Assembly: GCF_009914755.1 (NCBI RefSeq)
Contig: NC_060930.1
Direction: 5' to 3' (one strand)
DNA from: the human T2T-CHM13v2.0 reference genome, Homo sapiens
Length of the DNA stretch: 64,000 bases
Shown here: one piece after another, positions 38,900 to 55,100 of the stretch
Layout of the letters: each line of letters opens with the position of its first letter
Position numbering within the stretch: the stretch's first letter is position 1
Notes under the pieces: generated by a model
Seen by the model: only the letters and a program-made list of their open reading frames with translations
Told to the model about the DNA's origin: nothing
The model's database searches: none
Program-made: the position numbers and the translations under genes

Positions 38900-39207
38900 T
38901 TTTTTTATTATTTATTTATTTATTTTGAGATGGAGTCTCGCTCTGTCACCCAGGCCGGAGTGCAGTGGCGCGATCTCAGCTCACTGCAAGCTCCGCCTCC
39001 CGGGAGCTTCTCCTGCCTCAGCCTCCTGAGTAGCTGGGACTACAGGCACCCACCACCACGCCCGGCTAATTTTTTTGTTTTTGTATTTTTAGTAGAGACT
39101 GGTTTCACCGTGTTAGCCAGGATGGTCTCTATCTCCTGACCTTGTGATCTGCCCACCTTGGCCTCCCAAAGTGCTGGGATTACAGGCGTGAGCCACCATG
39201 CCTAGCC
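38900..39207 (-). mobile_element. AluY-like element
   Basis: ctgcaagctccgcc and gttagccaggatgg diagnostics; perfect TSD attattgtcacttta at 38885 and 39208. Confidence 0.93.
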
Positions 39208-39297
39208 ATTATTGTCACTTTATACCTGTTCTTTAAGATGAGATATATTCTTCATTTTCTCATAGGACCCATGATTTTTTAGTGATTTTTTTTTAAG

Positions 39298-39599
<302 letters not shown>

Positions 39600-39851
39600 G
39601 ATTGTTTAAAACTAGGTTATTTTTCTTTTTAAATTTATTTGAAATAATTTTTTATGCTGTGTATGAATTATTTGTCAGACACATGTTGCAAATATTTTCT
39701 ATAGCTTAGTTGTTCACTCTGATAATGGTTTTTTTTTTTGGATTAACAGGAGTTCTTAATTTATAGAAATTCTTAATCTCAGTGTAGCCCAATTTTTTAA
39801 TCTTTTATTTTAAGGTTAGCTATTTTTGTGTTCTATCAAAGAAATACTTGC

Positions 39852-40462
<611 letters not shown>

Positions 40463-40727
40463 GAAATATTTGCCTTCCCCAATATCAAGAAGATGTTATC
40501 CTTAATTGACCTCTAGATGTTTTATTTTGTCTTTCATATGATGTGAGGCCAGGGTCCATTTTGATTTCCATATGAATATGCAGTTACTGCTGTGTCATAA
40601 CTCAAGTGACCACTTACATATGGGTATATTTCTGGACTCTATTCTAATTCCATTGATTTACTTATCATTGCTGTGCCAAAACCACAGTGTCTTGGTTATT
40701 ACTGTAAGCCTCTCCATTTGCTAGTGA

Positions 40728-41034
<307 letters not shown>

Positions 41035-41648
41035 CAGTAACAATACTTTTTTCAGTATTGCCTTGGCTACTCTAAATCTTTTGCTTTTCTGTAGGAATTT
41101 TAGAATCATCTTGTCAACTTTCCAAAAAAAAAATAATGTTGGGATTTTGATTGGGATTTCACTGCATTTATAGAACAGTGTGAGTAGAGTTGAACCTTAC
41201 AATATTGAGTCTTCTAATCCAGGAACAAGGTATATTCCTCTATTAAGTTATGTTTAATTTTGTTCTGTACAATTTTGTTGTTTTCTGTGTATAGGCCTCA
41301 CATATCATTTGTTTGATTTATTCCTAATTATTTGTTATTTTTGATCCTGTTGGAAATATTTTAATTTTTTGTCTTAATTTTTTCTTTTTTACTAATATGG
41401 AAATATATTTTTTGTATATTGACATTGATTGGGTCCAGTGACTGGATTGATACCCTTATTAATTCCAATAGTTTTTATATAGATTATTTTGGATTTTCTA
41501 GATATATTATCTGTAAATAATGGTAGTTTTATTTTTCTCTTTTCCAACCCATATAACTTTCAAATCTTTTGACTGCCGTAATACCTTGGGTACGTGTTCC
41601 ATTGCAATGTTTAACATAATGTTAAATGTAAACAATACTTGCTATACA

Positions 41649-41950
41649 AAACCATCATTCTCAGCAAACTATCGCAAGGACTAAAAACCAAACACCGCAC
41701 GTTCTCACTCATAGGTGGGAACTGAAGAATGAGAACACATGGACACAGGAAGGGGAACATCACACACCGGGGACTGTTGTGGGACAGGGGGAGGGGGGAG
41801 GGATAGCATTAGGAGATATATCTAATGCTAAATGACGAGTTAATGGGTGCAGCACACCAGCATGGCACATGTATACATATGTAACAAACCCGCACGTTGT
41901 GCACATGTACCCTAAAACTTAAAGTATAATAATAATAATAATAATAATAA
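41649..41950 (+). mobile_element. 5'-truncated young L1PA (PA3-like) 3' end with (AAT)n tail
   Basis: accatcattctcagcaaactatcgcaaggac...tgtaccctaaaacttaaagtataataat. Confidence 0.93.
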
Positions 41951-43119
41951 GTAACTGTCATATATAGGAAGTTCTATTCTTAAAGAGTTTTTATCATTTT
42001 ATCATGTCATATGATTTTTCTCCTTTATTCTGGTAATATCTTAAGCTACATAAATTGATTTTTCTAGAAAGATATCACCAATGCAATCCTGGAATTCATT
42101 TGAATTAGTTGTGATATTTTATTTATATAAAGCTAGATTATATTTGCTGGTATTTTATTTATGAATTTTGTGTTTATGTTCAGAAGAAATACTGGCTTGT
42201 AGTTTTCATTTTTTATAATTGTAGTCGTCAGTTTTTAGTATCAAGGTTATGCTGCCCACATAATGATTTTTTTTTGTTTTTTTGTTTTCCCAGTTCTCTG
42301 GAAGAGTTTGTATAAGATTTCAACCTTGAATATTAGGAAAGATTTGCCAATTAAGTTATTTGTGCTTAAAGTCTTTTTTATGAGCCTAATTTTAATTCTG
42401 GGTTTAATTTCTTCAATAGGTCTAAGGCCATTCAGATTTTCTATTTTTTTCTTGTATTTGTTTTGTTTTTACTGCTTTTAAGTTATATTTTTTACAGGAA
42501 CACCTGAGTTTTTCTTATGGATTGGCATAAAATTGTTTATAATATCTCCTCATTGTATTAATGACTGTTGGATTTGTGATGATGTTATCTTTTCATCCTT
42601 CATATTGGAGGTTTGTTCTTTTTCGTGACTAGTTTCTTGATTTTCTTTTTCAAATTTAGCGTGTTGATTTTTTTATATTACTGATTTCTGATCTCATTAT
42701 TCCCTTTTTCTTTTTTCTATTTTACGTTGTATTATTTTTCCAGGATTCTTGAATACTTGAACTATTAATTTTCAGTGTTTTAGTTTATAATATGTGAATT
42801 GGAAAATAATTTTTTCTTTAAATATAGCTTTAGGTTTATCTTATGAGATTCAATATTTATATATACCTTATTATTATTTAAACTATCATTTAGTTTCAAT
42901 TTTAATTGATCCTTTGGTTGCTGGATTATTCAGAAGTGTTTGTTAAATTTCCAAATCGTTTCGAATTTTTATCTTTTTGTCGTTGAATTTTATTTGAATT
43001 ATACTGTGATCAGATAATTTACTCTGTATGACTTATGTACTTTGACAATATTTAAAGTATGTTTTATGATTCAGCCTGTGTTGCATTTGGTAAATGTTTA
43101 ATGAGAATTTGAAAAACAT

Positions 43120-43397
43120 AATTAACCCTTGAACAACATGACTTTAGAACTTCATGAGTCCATTTGTATGTGGATTTTATTCAACAAATACAGTAGGTCT
43201 CCTTTTCCAAGGGTTCTGCATCAACAACCAAACACAGATTAAAAATACAGTATTCTTGGGATGCAAAACTCACATCTGTGGAGGGCTGACTTTTCCTAAT
43301 GCTGTTTCTGCAGGATTGACTGCAGGACTTGAGAAAGCACAGTTTGGAACATACAGAGGTCCTGGAACTGGAACTGTGTATTCCGAGGGATGACTCT
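43120..43397 (-). mobile_element. MER8-like Tigger-family MITE
   Basis: TIR-like ends aattaacccttgaacaac... and ...ccgagggatgact. Confidence 0.75.
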
Positions 43398-45399
43398 ATT
43401 ATATATTCAATAGCTGTTAGGTGAAGTCTTCTGTTCCTTAGGTTAAGTTTTAATTCTTGTATAGTCCTCCTTATTTTCACTTTGGTTTTTTTGTTTATTT
43501 GTTTTATTGCTTGTTTTATCAATGGTTATGGACCTTGTTATTACTAATTGTAATTATTTTATTTTTAAAGGGAATATTTTGAGACTCTTTTTAGGTACAT
43601 AGAAATTTCTTTTGTTTTGAAACAGTTCCCTTTATCTCCTAAAAAACTTCTTTATAATTTACTCAATTTGAAATTACATAACTATTTAACTTTATAAAAT
43701 TAGTATTTTATATGTGTGTATATATAAAATGTGTATATATGTATTTGATGTGTCTTTGTAAACACACACACACACTATACATTGTATGCTATATATTTTC
43801 ATCCCTATATGTTCAACTTTTCTCTGTATGATTATGGTATGTTCCCTATAAACAGTGCATAGTTATATTTTTAAAAATTAACTTTAACCAACTTTTGTCC
43901 TTTAATTGGTATGATTAGTATATAACATGTAATTACTGATTTCTTTTACTCACCCCATCTGTTCTTTATTCCTTTTTTTGTTTTTTTTTTTTTCTGTAGG
44001 ATCATTCACATAGGTTTTATTATTCAGTTTCCTCATTTATGAGCTTGTTTGTTGTGTGTTATTTATATAATAATAAATTTACATTCTTGACATTTTAAAC
44101 TGTATTAGAATTTAGTATTCTTAGTACAATCTAGACAGTACAAGGACCTTTGAACACTTTAATTCTACTAATGCCTCTCTTGCATCTTGGTCATTGTCAT
44201 GAATTCAATATATGTTTTATTTCCAAAATATTTTTATTATTGTTTTAAGTTATCAATATTCATTAGTTATATATACATATTCACTTTAGCCAGAACAGCC
44301 AGTGCTGTTCATTCCATATTTGTTAAGATTCTGTCATGTGGGATAATTTTCCTTCTTCCTAAAGAATTCCCTTTAGGATTGCTTTTGTTACCAGTCTGTT
44401 GGCAATGAATCCTCTTGGAACTTTAAAAAAATGTGTTTATTTCTCCTTCCTTTTTCCAGATAATTTATACCTGGTATGGAATAAAAGTTGTTATTATTAT
44501 TATTGTTATTTAGCACTTCAGTGACTTTGAGTTATTTTATCTTTAGGCCTTCATAGTTTCAGTTGTAAACTCTTCTGACTTTTATTGTTGCTGATTTAAA
44601 GGTATATATTTTTTCTCTGTCTACTTTTAAGGATTTCTTTTTGTCATTCATTTTTAATAGCTTTAACATGATGTAACTAGGGGAACAGTTTTTAAATTTT
44701 TTTTTTCTCCTTGACATAATAGAGCTTCTTGAATCTGTGCCTTAAAGTTTTCCTGCTGTTTTGGAAATATATCAGCTAGCATCTCCTCAAATATTGCTTC
44801 TACCTTCTGTTTCTCTTCTTCTAGGAATTCTGATTACAGGTCTGGCATACATTGTTTTGTTTGTTTGTTTGTTTAACCATGTTCCAGCTATCTCTCATTC
44901 ATTTTTGTGTTTTTTATAATTTTCTCTCTCTGTACTTCATTTTGTGTATTTTCTACATAGATATCTTTCAATCACTAATCCTCTCTGCAGTTGAGTCTAA
45001 TTAACTATTAAACCCATCTGTTGAGTTTTAATTTTGGTATTGATATTTGTCAGTCCTATAATTCTCATTAGTCTATGTATTCAGTTCTCTGTTGAAATTT
45101 TCTTTCTTGGCATCTGTTGTCTTGAATGCTTCAATAACAGTTGTGTCACAGTCTGTTTTTGATAACACCAATGTCTGCATTACCTGTAAGCCTGTTTCTT
45201 TTGTCTGTTTTTATTTTCTTATTTTAAGCATTTCCAATATTTTAATGGATGGAAACCATCCTGCATTTTGTTTTTTCTTCCCATGTCTTACTTTCCCAAC
45301 ATTTATTTATGCAGTGCACATAAAGAAACATGATTTTAACCATTATCCCAATGAAGTGTTGTCTATTTAAGCTACATACGATAAATCCCTGTGTTTAAA

Positions 45400-45692
45400 A
45401 TAACACTACCGCAGAGTATTGGTTCCAGGACGCCCACACCCCTTCCTGTACCAATGCGGGATACCAAAATCCATGAATAGGCCTTTATATAAAATGACAT
45501 GGTATTTGCATATAACCTACATACATCTTCCTGAATACTTTAAATCATCTCTAGATTGTTTATACTACCTAGTACAAAGCAAGTGCTGTGTAAATATTGC
45601 TATACTGTGTATCCAAAATTTGTATTTTTTTAATTGCTGTTTTTTAAATCAAATATTTTCTGGAAACAGAATCATGGACAGAGTGCTGACTA
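45400..45692 (+). mobile_element. MER2 Tigger-family MITE
   Basis: attggttccaggac...gataccaaaatccatg...gtatttgcatataacctac...tttaaatcatctctaga. Confidence 0.85.
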
Positions 45693-46779
45693 TATACATA
45701 TGAGGATATATGTGTAGACTTTTCATTTTCTTCATAAACTTAGAGAATGAACTCCAAGTTGTTGATACACACTTACAAATGGTTGACTCTATTGGAAACA
45801 TAATAGAGTTTAAGTACTCATGGCTTTAAAGCCTTAAAAAATTAGTTATGGGTGTGTATTTCTAAAATGGGATTATAAATATCCTACAAACATACATAAT
45901 TTAGTAGTGAAGTTTTTGATACTTATAAGTTTTACATTTTAACCATTTATGTTAAACTTGTTTAAAAAATATATATAGTCATGATCTATTCAAAACATGA
46001 AAAGAACAGCCATAAATAAAACCAAATACAAGAATTTTATTGCATCATATTCTTTACAGCTATTCTAGAAAATAATTGTATTGTAGAACACATAGGTTTG
46101 GAAAATGTAATGTCAAAACTTTTTTGAGTATATGTTCATTTAATCTGATTTTCAAAATTATTTGACACATTGAAATAAGAAATGTTTTATTGAACCAAGT
46201 ACACCAACCTTTTGCTAAGTTACATTTTCATAATTTATTTCAATTCTTAACAACCCAAGTTGAAAAATTGTGCAGCTAATTCCCAAAATAAAAGATTGCC
46301 TTGTCATCTGCCTTTTTCTATTTTTGTAAAACTGGACCAATTCTCATTCAATCAACACAGTTTTTAGGATTTATTTACGTAGTTTCACAATAGTAAAATT
46401 CCTGGAGCTCAAAGTTATAGATTTCCCAAAGCTTAGTTTCATGTTAACTTGTATGTCCATATTATTTTATTTTTAAGGGTGAGATCAAAGAAATTAAGAG
46501 TCCAAACAATTATTTTAACATAATAGTACAGGAAATGTGACCAAAGAATGCACTCATCAGTTACACATGTGAAATATCTCAACTTCAAAAGCAGAAAAAG
46601 TCCATTCCCTGCCCTCCCCTCATCTTCCCCCACCACCTGCCACCATAAGAATTCTATAGATTACTGTAACCTGTGTATCACTGCATTCAATTTATGTAAT
46701 CAGTGAGAAGAAACAGTGATAAGATCAGTTTAAAAATTTACACATTTATCATGTGCATTAATGTTTTAAACTCAACTGA

Positions 46780-48215
46780 ACCTTTTTGTTCTCTTTCCCT
46801 CAACAAATCCCTGTGTTTAATAGGGGACATTCAGAGTGAATTTTAAACTTCCTGTCTTCCCAGTCTCAAAAGCCTAATCTCAGCTACCATTACTTCTAAT
46901 TTGCTTTCTTCAGAGAGAAAAAAAAAATAAAGTTGTGATCTTGAGCCTCCTGCGATTCCATTTAATTTTTATACCTTTAATTTGTATTTATGGTTACTTC
47001 TCCTCTGTGTTCCATCATGACAGTCCTCTAGAGTGAGTTGCTTGCTTCCCTGCTGCTAGTGTCTCAGGTTATTATTCCTTTTTCTTGCCTTTTAACCATT
47101 AAACATTTGAAAGAAGTAGTTTCCATAAAGGGCTCTACTTCCTTACTTTTTCCTCCCAGCCCTGCAGTCTGAATTTTGCTTTCCTTCCTCTCCTAACCTG
47201 TGTCTCATAGGCTACTGTCGTCCACATGACCAAGACATGCCTGCAACCTTGTAATATCCTTTAGTCTCTTCCACTCCTCTGTAAGTAGTTTGCCTTTAAT
47301 TCTCTTACCATTGGTTTCTGTGTTATTTCTCTTTTTGTTCTTTCCCTGTCTCTTCAACTGTTGTTTCTTGATTTTCTTTGCTCTTTCCATCTGTTGAAAG
47401 TGAATGTTTTAAAGACTTTTAGCTTTGGGTCTGTTCTCTCTCCACATTTTATTTCTTACTGCTGCTTTCTACCTTCATACTTTGGCACTATTGCTATTTA
47501 CAACCTGATGTGGCCTGTCTTCTGAACATTAGCCTATGTGATTCTAGCTGGTGGTCCAGCATATTTACCTGTGGCCCACTGGCCTATCAAATGCAGCATG
47601 TCCAAAATAGTAGCTAGAAGAATGGAAAACTCACTACACTTTTTCTCATCCTCTCTCTCTGTTAAAGGCATCATCACATTCCTAGATGCCAAGACTACAG
47701 TATCTTGGAATCACATAATGATTCATTCCTCTCTCATTGTATACCTTCACTTTTGTCATCAGGCACTGGGTTTTGTTTCTTTTTTTTCTTTTTCTTAAAA
47801 TAGAGATGGGTTCTCGTTATGTTGTCCAGGCTGGTCTAGAACTCCTGAACTCAAGTGATCCTACTACCTCAGCCTCCCAAAGTACCAGGATTATAGGTAT
47901 GAGCCAGCACACCTGGCCACAGGCACTGGGTCTTGGAAATTGCCATGTCTACCTCCTTCTAATGCTCTCCATTGCTACCATCCATGTTCTGCCCTCTACA
48001 TTTGGTAATTACTTGCAACAGTCCCCTTAACTTATCTTGCTAATGAACATTTCTGCTTTCTCCCGTATTCCTGTAGCCACTTGCCTGAATGATCACTGAT
48101 AATGTCATTCTTTTCTAAATATAAATCTCTGTGTCTTTGCATTCTGCAAGTGCCAAAGAAGCCCTCACTTCATCCAACAACCTGCCTTTCTAGATTTAAC
48201 ATGCTCCTTTTTTTC
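46780..48215 (+). mobile_element. L2 fragments
   Basis: Pyrimidine-rich L2 text (cctatcaaatgcagcatgtccaaaa; aattacttgcaacagtcccct). Confidence 0.6.
47772..47918 (-). mobile_element. FLAM_C-like Alu monomer
   Basis: Single monomer; TSD caggcactgggt at 47760 and 47920. Confidence 0.9.
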
Positions 48216-48230
48216 TGCCTCTGAATCTTT

Positions 48231-48575
48231 TTTTTTTTTAACTTTCATTTTAAGTTCAGGGATACATGTGCAGGTTTGTTATATAAATAAAATCATGTCA
48301 CGGGGGCTTGTTGTACAGATCATTTCATCACCCAGGTATTAAGCCTAGTACTCAGTTATTTTTCCTGATCCTCTCCCTCCTCCCACCCTCTACTCTCCAA
48401 TAGGCCCCAGTGTCTGTTGTTCCTCTCTATATGTCCATGTGTTCTCATCATTTAGCTCCCACTTATAAGTGAGAACATGTGGTATTTAGTTTTCTGTTTC
48501 TGTGTTAGTTTGCTGAGGATAATGGCCTCCTCCATCCCTGTTCCTGCAAAGGACATGGTCTTATTCTTATTATGG
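48231..48575 (-). mobile_element. 5'-truncated L1PA (PA12/13-like) 3' end
   Basis: catttcatcacccaggtattaagcctagtac...; perfect TSD ctgcctctgaatcttt at 48215-48230 and 48576-48591. Confidence 0.92.
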
Positions 48576-48717
48576 CTGCCTCTGAATCTTTCCTTTCCCT
48601 TTTTTCTTCCAAAAATACTCTTCTCCATCTCCTCCTATTAATATTATATACATAAATATATATATTGTATATATTGTATATATATTTATATTTTAAACAC
48701 CAAATTTAAATGTTACA

Positions 48718-49212
48718 TGTGATAATTTTAAAATACATTTACAACACTTCAACAATCCTCCCTCCAAAAGGTGGAGCCAATTGTCTCCCTCTTAAGTGCG
48801 GATGGGGCTTAGTACCTCCCTTCTAATGAGTAGAACATAGCAGAAGTGATGGCATGAATCATGGGTTATAAAGGCATCATGATTCCCCCTTGCTTTCTTC
48901 TGGATTATCCACTCTATGGGAACCCAGCTGCTGTGTCATGAGATGACTCAGCAGGTTATATAGAGGCTGTTGGGGTGAGGAGCTGAGTCCTCCCACCAAC
49001 AACTGTGTGAGTAAACCATCTTGGAAACAGATACTCTTTCCCAGTCAACTTTAGATGACTGCAGCTTTGATTCACAAGTGACTCTGAATCAGCACTGCCC
49101 AGTCAAGTTCCTCTCAGGTTCCTCACCCACATAAACTGTGAGATTATAAGTGTGGTTGTAAGCCACTAAATGTTGGGAACAATTTGTTATGCAGCAATAG
49201 ATAACTAATACA
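48718..49212 (+). mobile_element. MLT1F-like MaLR solo LTR
   Basis: aggtggagcc...gcagaagtgatgg...ttgttatgcagcaatagataactaataca. Confidence 0.88.
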
Positions 49213-50792
49213 GTATATTTTCGAGGAGATCTAGTCTCTATTAGTAAGATAATATTTCTCCTGAGAATTTTTTATTTATACCATCAACCTGTTCCTTGTC
49301 ACAGTCTATTCATATTGTGGTTATTTGTTAATACATTTTATAATTTTGTGTATTAGGGCAAATTTTTCCAAGTCTATACTATTTAATGAAACATGTAAAT
49401 ACATAAAAGCTCAAAATATGAACCAAAGTTCTGGTTATCTGTTTAGTATCTTAATACTTCATATTTTGGGAAATTTCTAGGTATAAATGTTTATCATCAC
49501 CAGGTGGTTCTTAAATGGCATCCTCATCTTAAGCTTCACATTTCTGATTATGCTGTATGTCCAACATACATGAACCAATTAAAGAATTACGATTCTACTA
49601 CATTAAGTTGTATATACAGCCAGTATCTAAATCTAAATTCAGATACATGAATATATATCTATATGTGTATAGTTAAGCATAGATATATATAGATAGAGAG
49701 GGGAAATGATTCTTTTTTTACAAGAACCTTCTTAAGTTTAGTGCCAAGGAGTTTCCTTTGATAATATTTATATGCAGAGAAATATAAAAGGGGCCTCCAA
49801 TGAGTAATTTATAGTGCACATGTATGTATGTGTGAGGTCTCAATATTTATTACTGTAGCCATTCTACTTCTGTCCATTTTGGAAATGATTTGACATTCTA
49901 ATCACTTGAAGTGTTATAGGTGATAAAAGATCACTGGTTTCTTCTCACCTTATTTTAACCCGAGTCAGTATGTTTTATTATGGTCAAAGATCAACACTCT
50001 TCATTATTCCATGAAGTAAACTGTGTTCCTTTCCACTAGGTCCTTTATATTTTTCTGTAGAGGCTTAACTTAAGGATGAGGGAGAAGGGTTCTTTCAAAG
50101 CTTATATTTAAGTATGTCTTTTGTGCTTTCATCACATAAATGCTGTATATGGGTAACCATTGGCCTTCAGGGATTGTAGTGTCCATTGATTTAAGTGGTT
50201 CTTGCAAGTGCTCTGTATCTGAATTCAGGAAGCAGTGAATCTGGCAAGAATTTACAAACTTAAGTCCTAGGAACTTTTTTTTTTTCCCTGACAGAATTTG
50301 GTAAGATGGTACATTGGTCTATGTGGATTCTGATGAATCTCTTGATTTTGTTTAGGATGATAGTCTCATAGGTAAATTGGGGAAATATGATACGCATTCT
50401 GTAACTTAACATATTTGTGTGATGTCTGCTAAGAAAATGCACACTCATGCCATACAAAATGTACAAATAAGTCTAGTTTATGCAGGTATCTTATACTTGA
50501 GAGAACACAGTTGAAGAGATTTTAATTAAGAATCTATGCCATCTTAGGGAACCTAAGAAGTAGAACTCCACAGGGGTTTGGCCTCAACCATCTGGTGTTT
50601 AACAAATTTTGATTTTTACTGGAATAGAATACAAAGCCTGCTACTTAAGTTTTTTTGTGTAGTTGATGACATATTGGAAAGGGTAACAGGCCCTTAGAAT
50701 TTAGAATTCAAATACAAAATGGCTTCTTTGGTCAGAAAACTTAGAAGCAGGGACAAATCTGATATTGTGGTTTTTGAAAAGACACTGTGAGA

Positions 50793-50870
50793 CAGCTTAG
50801 GGCAGTGGTTGAGAGCATGAACTCGGGATCCAGACTGCCTGGCTTTGAATCTCAGCTCTACCACTTAGCT
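50793..50870 (+). mobile_element. MIR 5' fragment
   Basis: gcagtggttgagagcatg...cagactgcctggctttgaatctcagctctaccactta. Confidence 0.8.
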
Positions 50871-50939
50871 TTTACAGTGTCTTATGTATGATGCTACACA
50901 TGCCTCAAAGAGTCTTTCATTTGATCTTTGAAAACATTG

Positions 50940-51085
50940 TGGGTAAGGTATTATGTTCCCATTGTTCACATAGAGACTGAGATTTCAAGAGGTTAAGTAA
51001 TTTGACCAAGGTCAGCAGCTGAATCCAAGACTGACACCTAAGTCTCTGACTGCAAAGCCTAGGTCTTAACTCATGCATTACCAGT
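50940..51085 (-). mobile_element. MIR fragment
   Basis: gagactgagatttcaagaggttaagtaatttgaccaaggtca. Confidence 0.8.
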
Positions 51086-51691
51086 GGTGTTAAAAGTACT
51101 GTATTGTGTAGATTCTGTAACTCAGAAAGGATGTGGGGAAACAACATCCAAAACTGTATCAGTGAGAAAAACATTACAAAGAGATATTGAAGAAATGATT
51201 ACTATTGAGTATGAAGAGAACAAATTTGGTTTACCTAGAAAAGCCATAGTCTTGGAAAGGTCTTGGGACAGATTCAATAGCATTTCAAGGTCTCCTCAGT
51301 CTTTATTATTTTAGCCTTGCATAAAATTCTATTATACCTCCGTGGGACTTGTACATTTATTTTCATAAGATATGTAGTGTCTTTTTCATATCCTCAGGTA
51401 GATGTGCCAATTTGTGCTTCTGATTTTTACTACTTTTTAAACTTTTTAAGCAGTATCTTTTAAGCAATATTACTTTTACAAGCAATATCTATTCAAACTC
51501 AGTTATTGCACCACAGTTTTAATACACATTTACATATCAAGCATCATATATTCTGGAACTGAATATGTGAAGTTGACATTCATAGTTTTTATATTTTATG
51601 TAGTATGTATGTTGTATGTAATGATTGTTTTTGTTGAGAGGGACTTCTACTGAATTAGGGAAAAATGGGTTCTGAAACTAGTAACCAGTAA

Positions 51692-52150
<459 letters not shown>

Positions 52151-54439
52151 AACATGGCATAGGTTTAAAACAAACAAAGGAAAAAAATACAACCATTGAT
52201 AAAATATCTCATCAACTGATTATACCAAAAGCATAATCTTAACATTCTACCTTTCTGGATTTGGCTACCTTGTAGCATCCATCTCGAATGATGCAAAAAA
52301 CAAGAAATGAACAAATTATCCACTGAGCAGCCAAAACAGACATGCAAAGCTTGTTGGTAGAAGAAGCCTCCTGGTCCTACCTCAGAGCTCATTTACCCTT
52401 GTTTTATACATAATTCAAAGTTCTCTGATCTTCTTTCCACACCCACATCAGATTATAAGTATGAAATTGGAACACAAGAGGCCAGTCCACACTGATAAGA
52501 GAAGGAAGGGTTAGCTTGACGTCTAAAAGGAAAACAAGAAAGAGAAATACTGTTAAGAAGCGTACAAAAGAATACCATAAACACAGCAGCATAAAGCAAA
52601 AGAATATGGCCACTGCCACTCTCAATAGCCTTTAAAATTGTCAATGTCTCAGAGTATTTTTAAATAATACTAAATTTAAATTATGTTCTGGACACTATTT
52701 CTGAGAAGTCAGGAAAGTATCTTCTATATTTAATAGTATTTTCCATTTAAAGTTGACAGAAGGAAAACAACAAAGATAATTTTGTACTTAAAGAAGTCAC
52801 ATTTCTACAACTGTCAGGAAAACTTTAGCCACAATCTTTGGAAGGAAGTTATTTAACAAAAATCAATTATATTTGTTGAAAAATAAACATAATTGAATAT
52901 TATAGTTAAGTCTAGATTCTTAGAGGTCATACTGTAACAGTAAGAATGCACAATACTATGAAAATACATTTGACACCATCCTGTTAGTATTTAGCTAGAG
53001 TTTGTTTCTGTCTTGACTTCCCTGGAGTCCTCCTTTTTATCATTACTGTTAATATTATTGTCACTGCCAAATTTCTTCCCTTGTCCTCTCTCTGAGACCC
53101 TTTAGGCCACTCTCACAACAAACCTGGGGACAGCTTTACCAGCTAATACTGCTGCTACACTGGTATGGCAGTAACCCATGTTGTGATCTAAAAAAAAAAA
53201 ACCATCTGGACAGTGGGGAAATCACATATGGGAAACAGTCATGGGCACAATGATTAATCTAAAACAATATATATAATCTCCTTGCTGATAATGAAAGTCT
53301 TGATTGCATTGTTATGTATTCTCAGTAGTTTAAATGTTACAAATAGGAAAGCCTTAAATGAGGTTAAAATTTCTGACATTTACTTATATATCATTTTATT
53401 CTCTATAAATAGAATATAGGAAATAAGGCCCTAAAATTTTTTTTTAGAACTTTTGACAGAAATCCTAATAACAGTTTCCATCTGAAAACTGCAGATGTCT
53501 GGAAAAAAGCAAAACAACGTAGAAACCTGACTATTAAATTAGCTGTCAAAGTCCAGTCCAAGTGTTTAATCTCTTATTGGGTAGAGTTATATTCTGGAAT
53601 TTCTTAGTCATTTTCTTTCTTTTTGTCTGAACTGGTAAGATGATTCAGTAAAAAAGAAATTTAAACAACATGAAGATATCTAGAAGAAAAAGAATGAAAT
53701 AACTCACATGCAAGTTCACCATCAGTAATGCTTTTGGCAAGCATATAGGGATTAGATAAGCATAAAATAGAAATATTGCCTGAACTATTTATTTTCTAAT
53801 CAGCAACCTTAATGTTTAAGGAAATTTGGTGTTATAATTACAACATAATCAAGTAAAACAATTACTTGGGGGCAGAGAAAATACCCGAATGAATAAGAAA
53901 CATACCTGAATTATTACATATGTTTAAACTAGAATTATCAGAAAATTGAAAGATTATGATGTCATGTATACTTTTTGGTTGTATATAACTAATATATTTA
54001 TTTTTTTCTCCCTCTATTCAGTAGGTCTTTCTTGGGGTGGCTAATGATACATTATTCCTCCCCTTTTGGGTGTTAGCTAAAATTGCTGGCTTAAATAGGC
54101 TTTCTAAGAATCCAGTATAGCTTTCTCTATATTTCCTCTTAGAATTAATGCTTGAGAGAAACAACGGGTGCCTGACATACTGGAACCTGCCCATTGCTAT
54201 TTTCTGATGCTCTTCTCCGTCCAATATGTCTCTAGCTTAGAAAGAAATTCCCTGTTAGCCCCCCAGCAGTGCAGGAATAACAGAATTTCCTGGGAGACTT
54301 ATCATTAGCTCTGTTCAAGTGTGAAGCAGGGTTGGGTCGCCTCTACATTGTTCGTGGACTCAGAAATGAAGATGGCTGGTCTTTGTAGGTCATTTGTTAC
54401 TTGTTGAGAAATGGGACAAAGGCCACAAAAAATGAAGTG

Positions 54440-55100
54440 CTGCCCATCATTGCTAGTTCATGAACATCGTCTTCTGGACATCCCTACCTGAGTGTTCCAT
54501 AGACCCCAAACTAGGTACTTACTTCCCCAACTGAACTCCTTATCTCTACTCTGCTTCCAAACTGGTTATTACCATTTATAGCTTCTGACTAGGATAATGG
54601 AATTACCATCTAACAACTCATTCAACATAGTAACATTGAAGTTATGTTTTAACTCTTTCCTCTTTCCCGTACCTTTCCCTAACCTCATCCAAAGTTTTGT
54701 CAAGACCTGTTGATTCTATCACCAGCATATATCAAATTGGTTCTATTTTCTCTATTCGCAGTGCCACATGCTCTACTTTAGGCATGCATGATCTTTTGCT
54801 TGGACTGTTTCAGGAACTTTTTAACTTACTGGTGGTCTCTTGCAGTGTTCCTTTTGACTTCTTCTGTAAGGTTTGAAGTGTCTTTTCTATTAAGCATTTC
54901 CTGAACTTTCCAAGTTAGTTCATTATTGCCTTCCATGCTGCTATGCACATTTTCTGTAGCACTTAATCAGGCAGTGACTCAAATCTTTGTTTATGCCTGT
55001 TGCTCCAGCTAGACTTTGAAGTCCTTGAGATAGGAACCGTACTTTCCCCATTTAACATTTTCGAGCTCATAGTAAATGCCCAGCATATTTCTTAAATAAA
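54440..55100 (+). mobile_element. L2 3' region
   Basis: ccaactgaactccttatct...cagctagactttgaagtccttgagataggaacc. Confidence 0.7.

Noticed and set aside
38429-39139. 236-aa ORF
   Set aside because: Runs through MIR/L2-like sequence into an antisense AluY ([13 protein letters not shown]...); no splice or domain support
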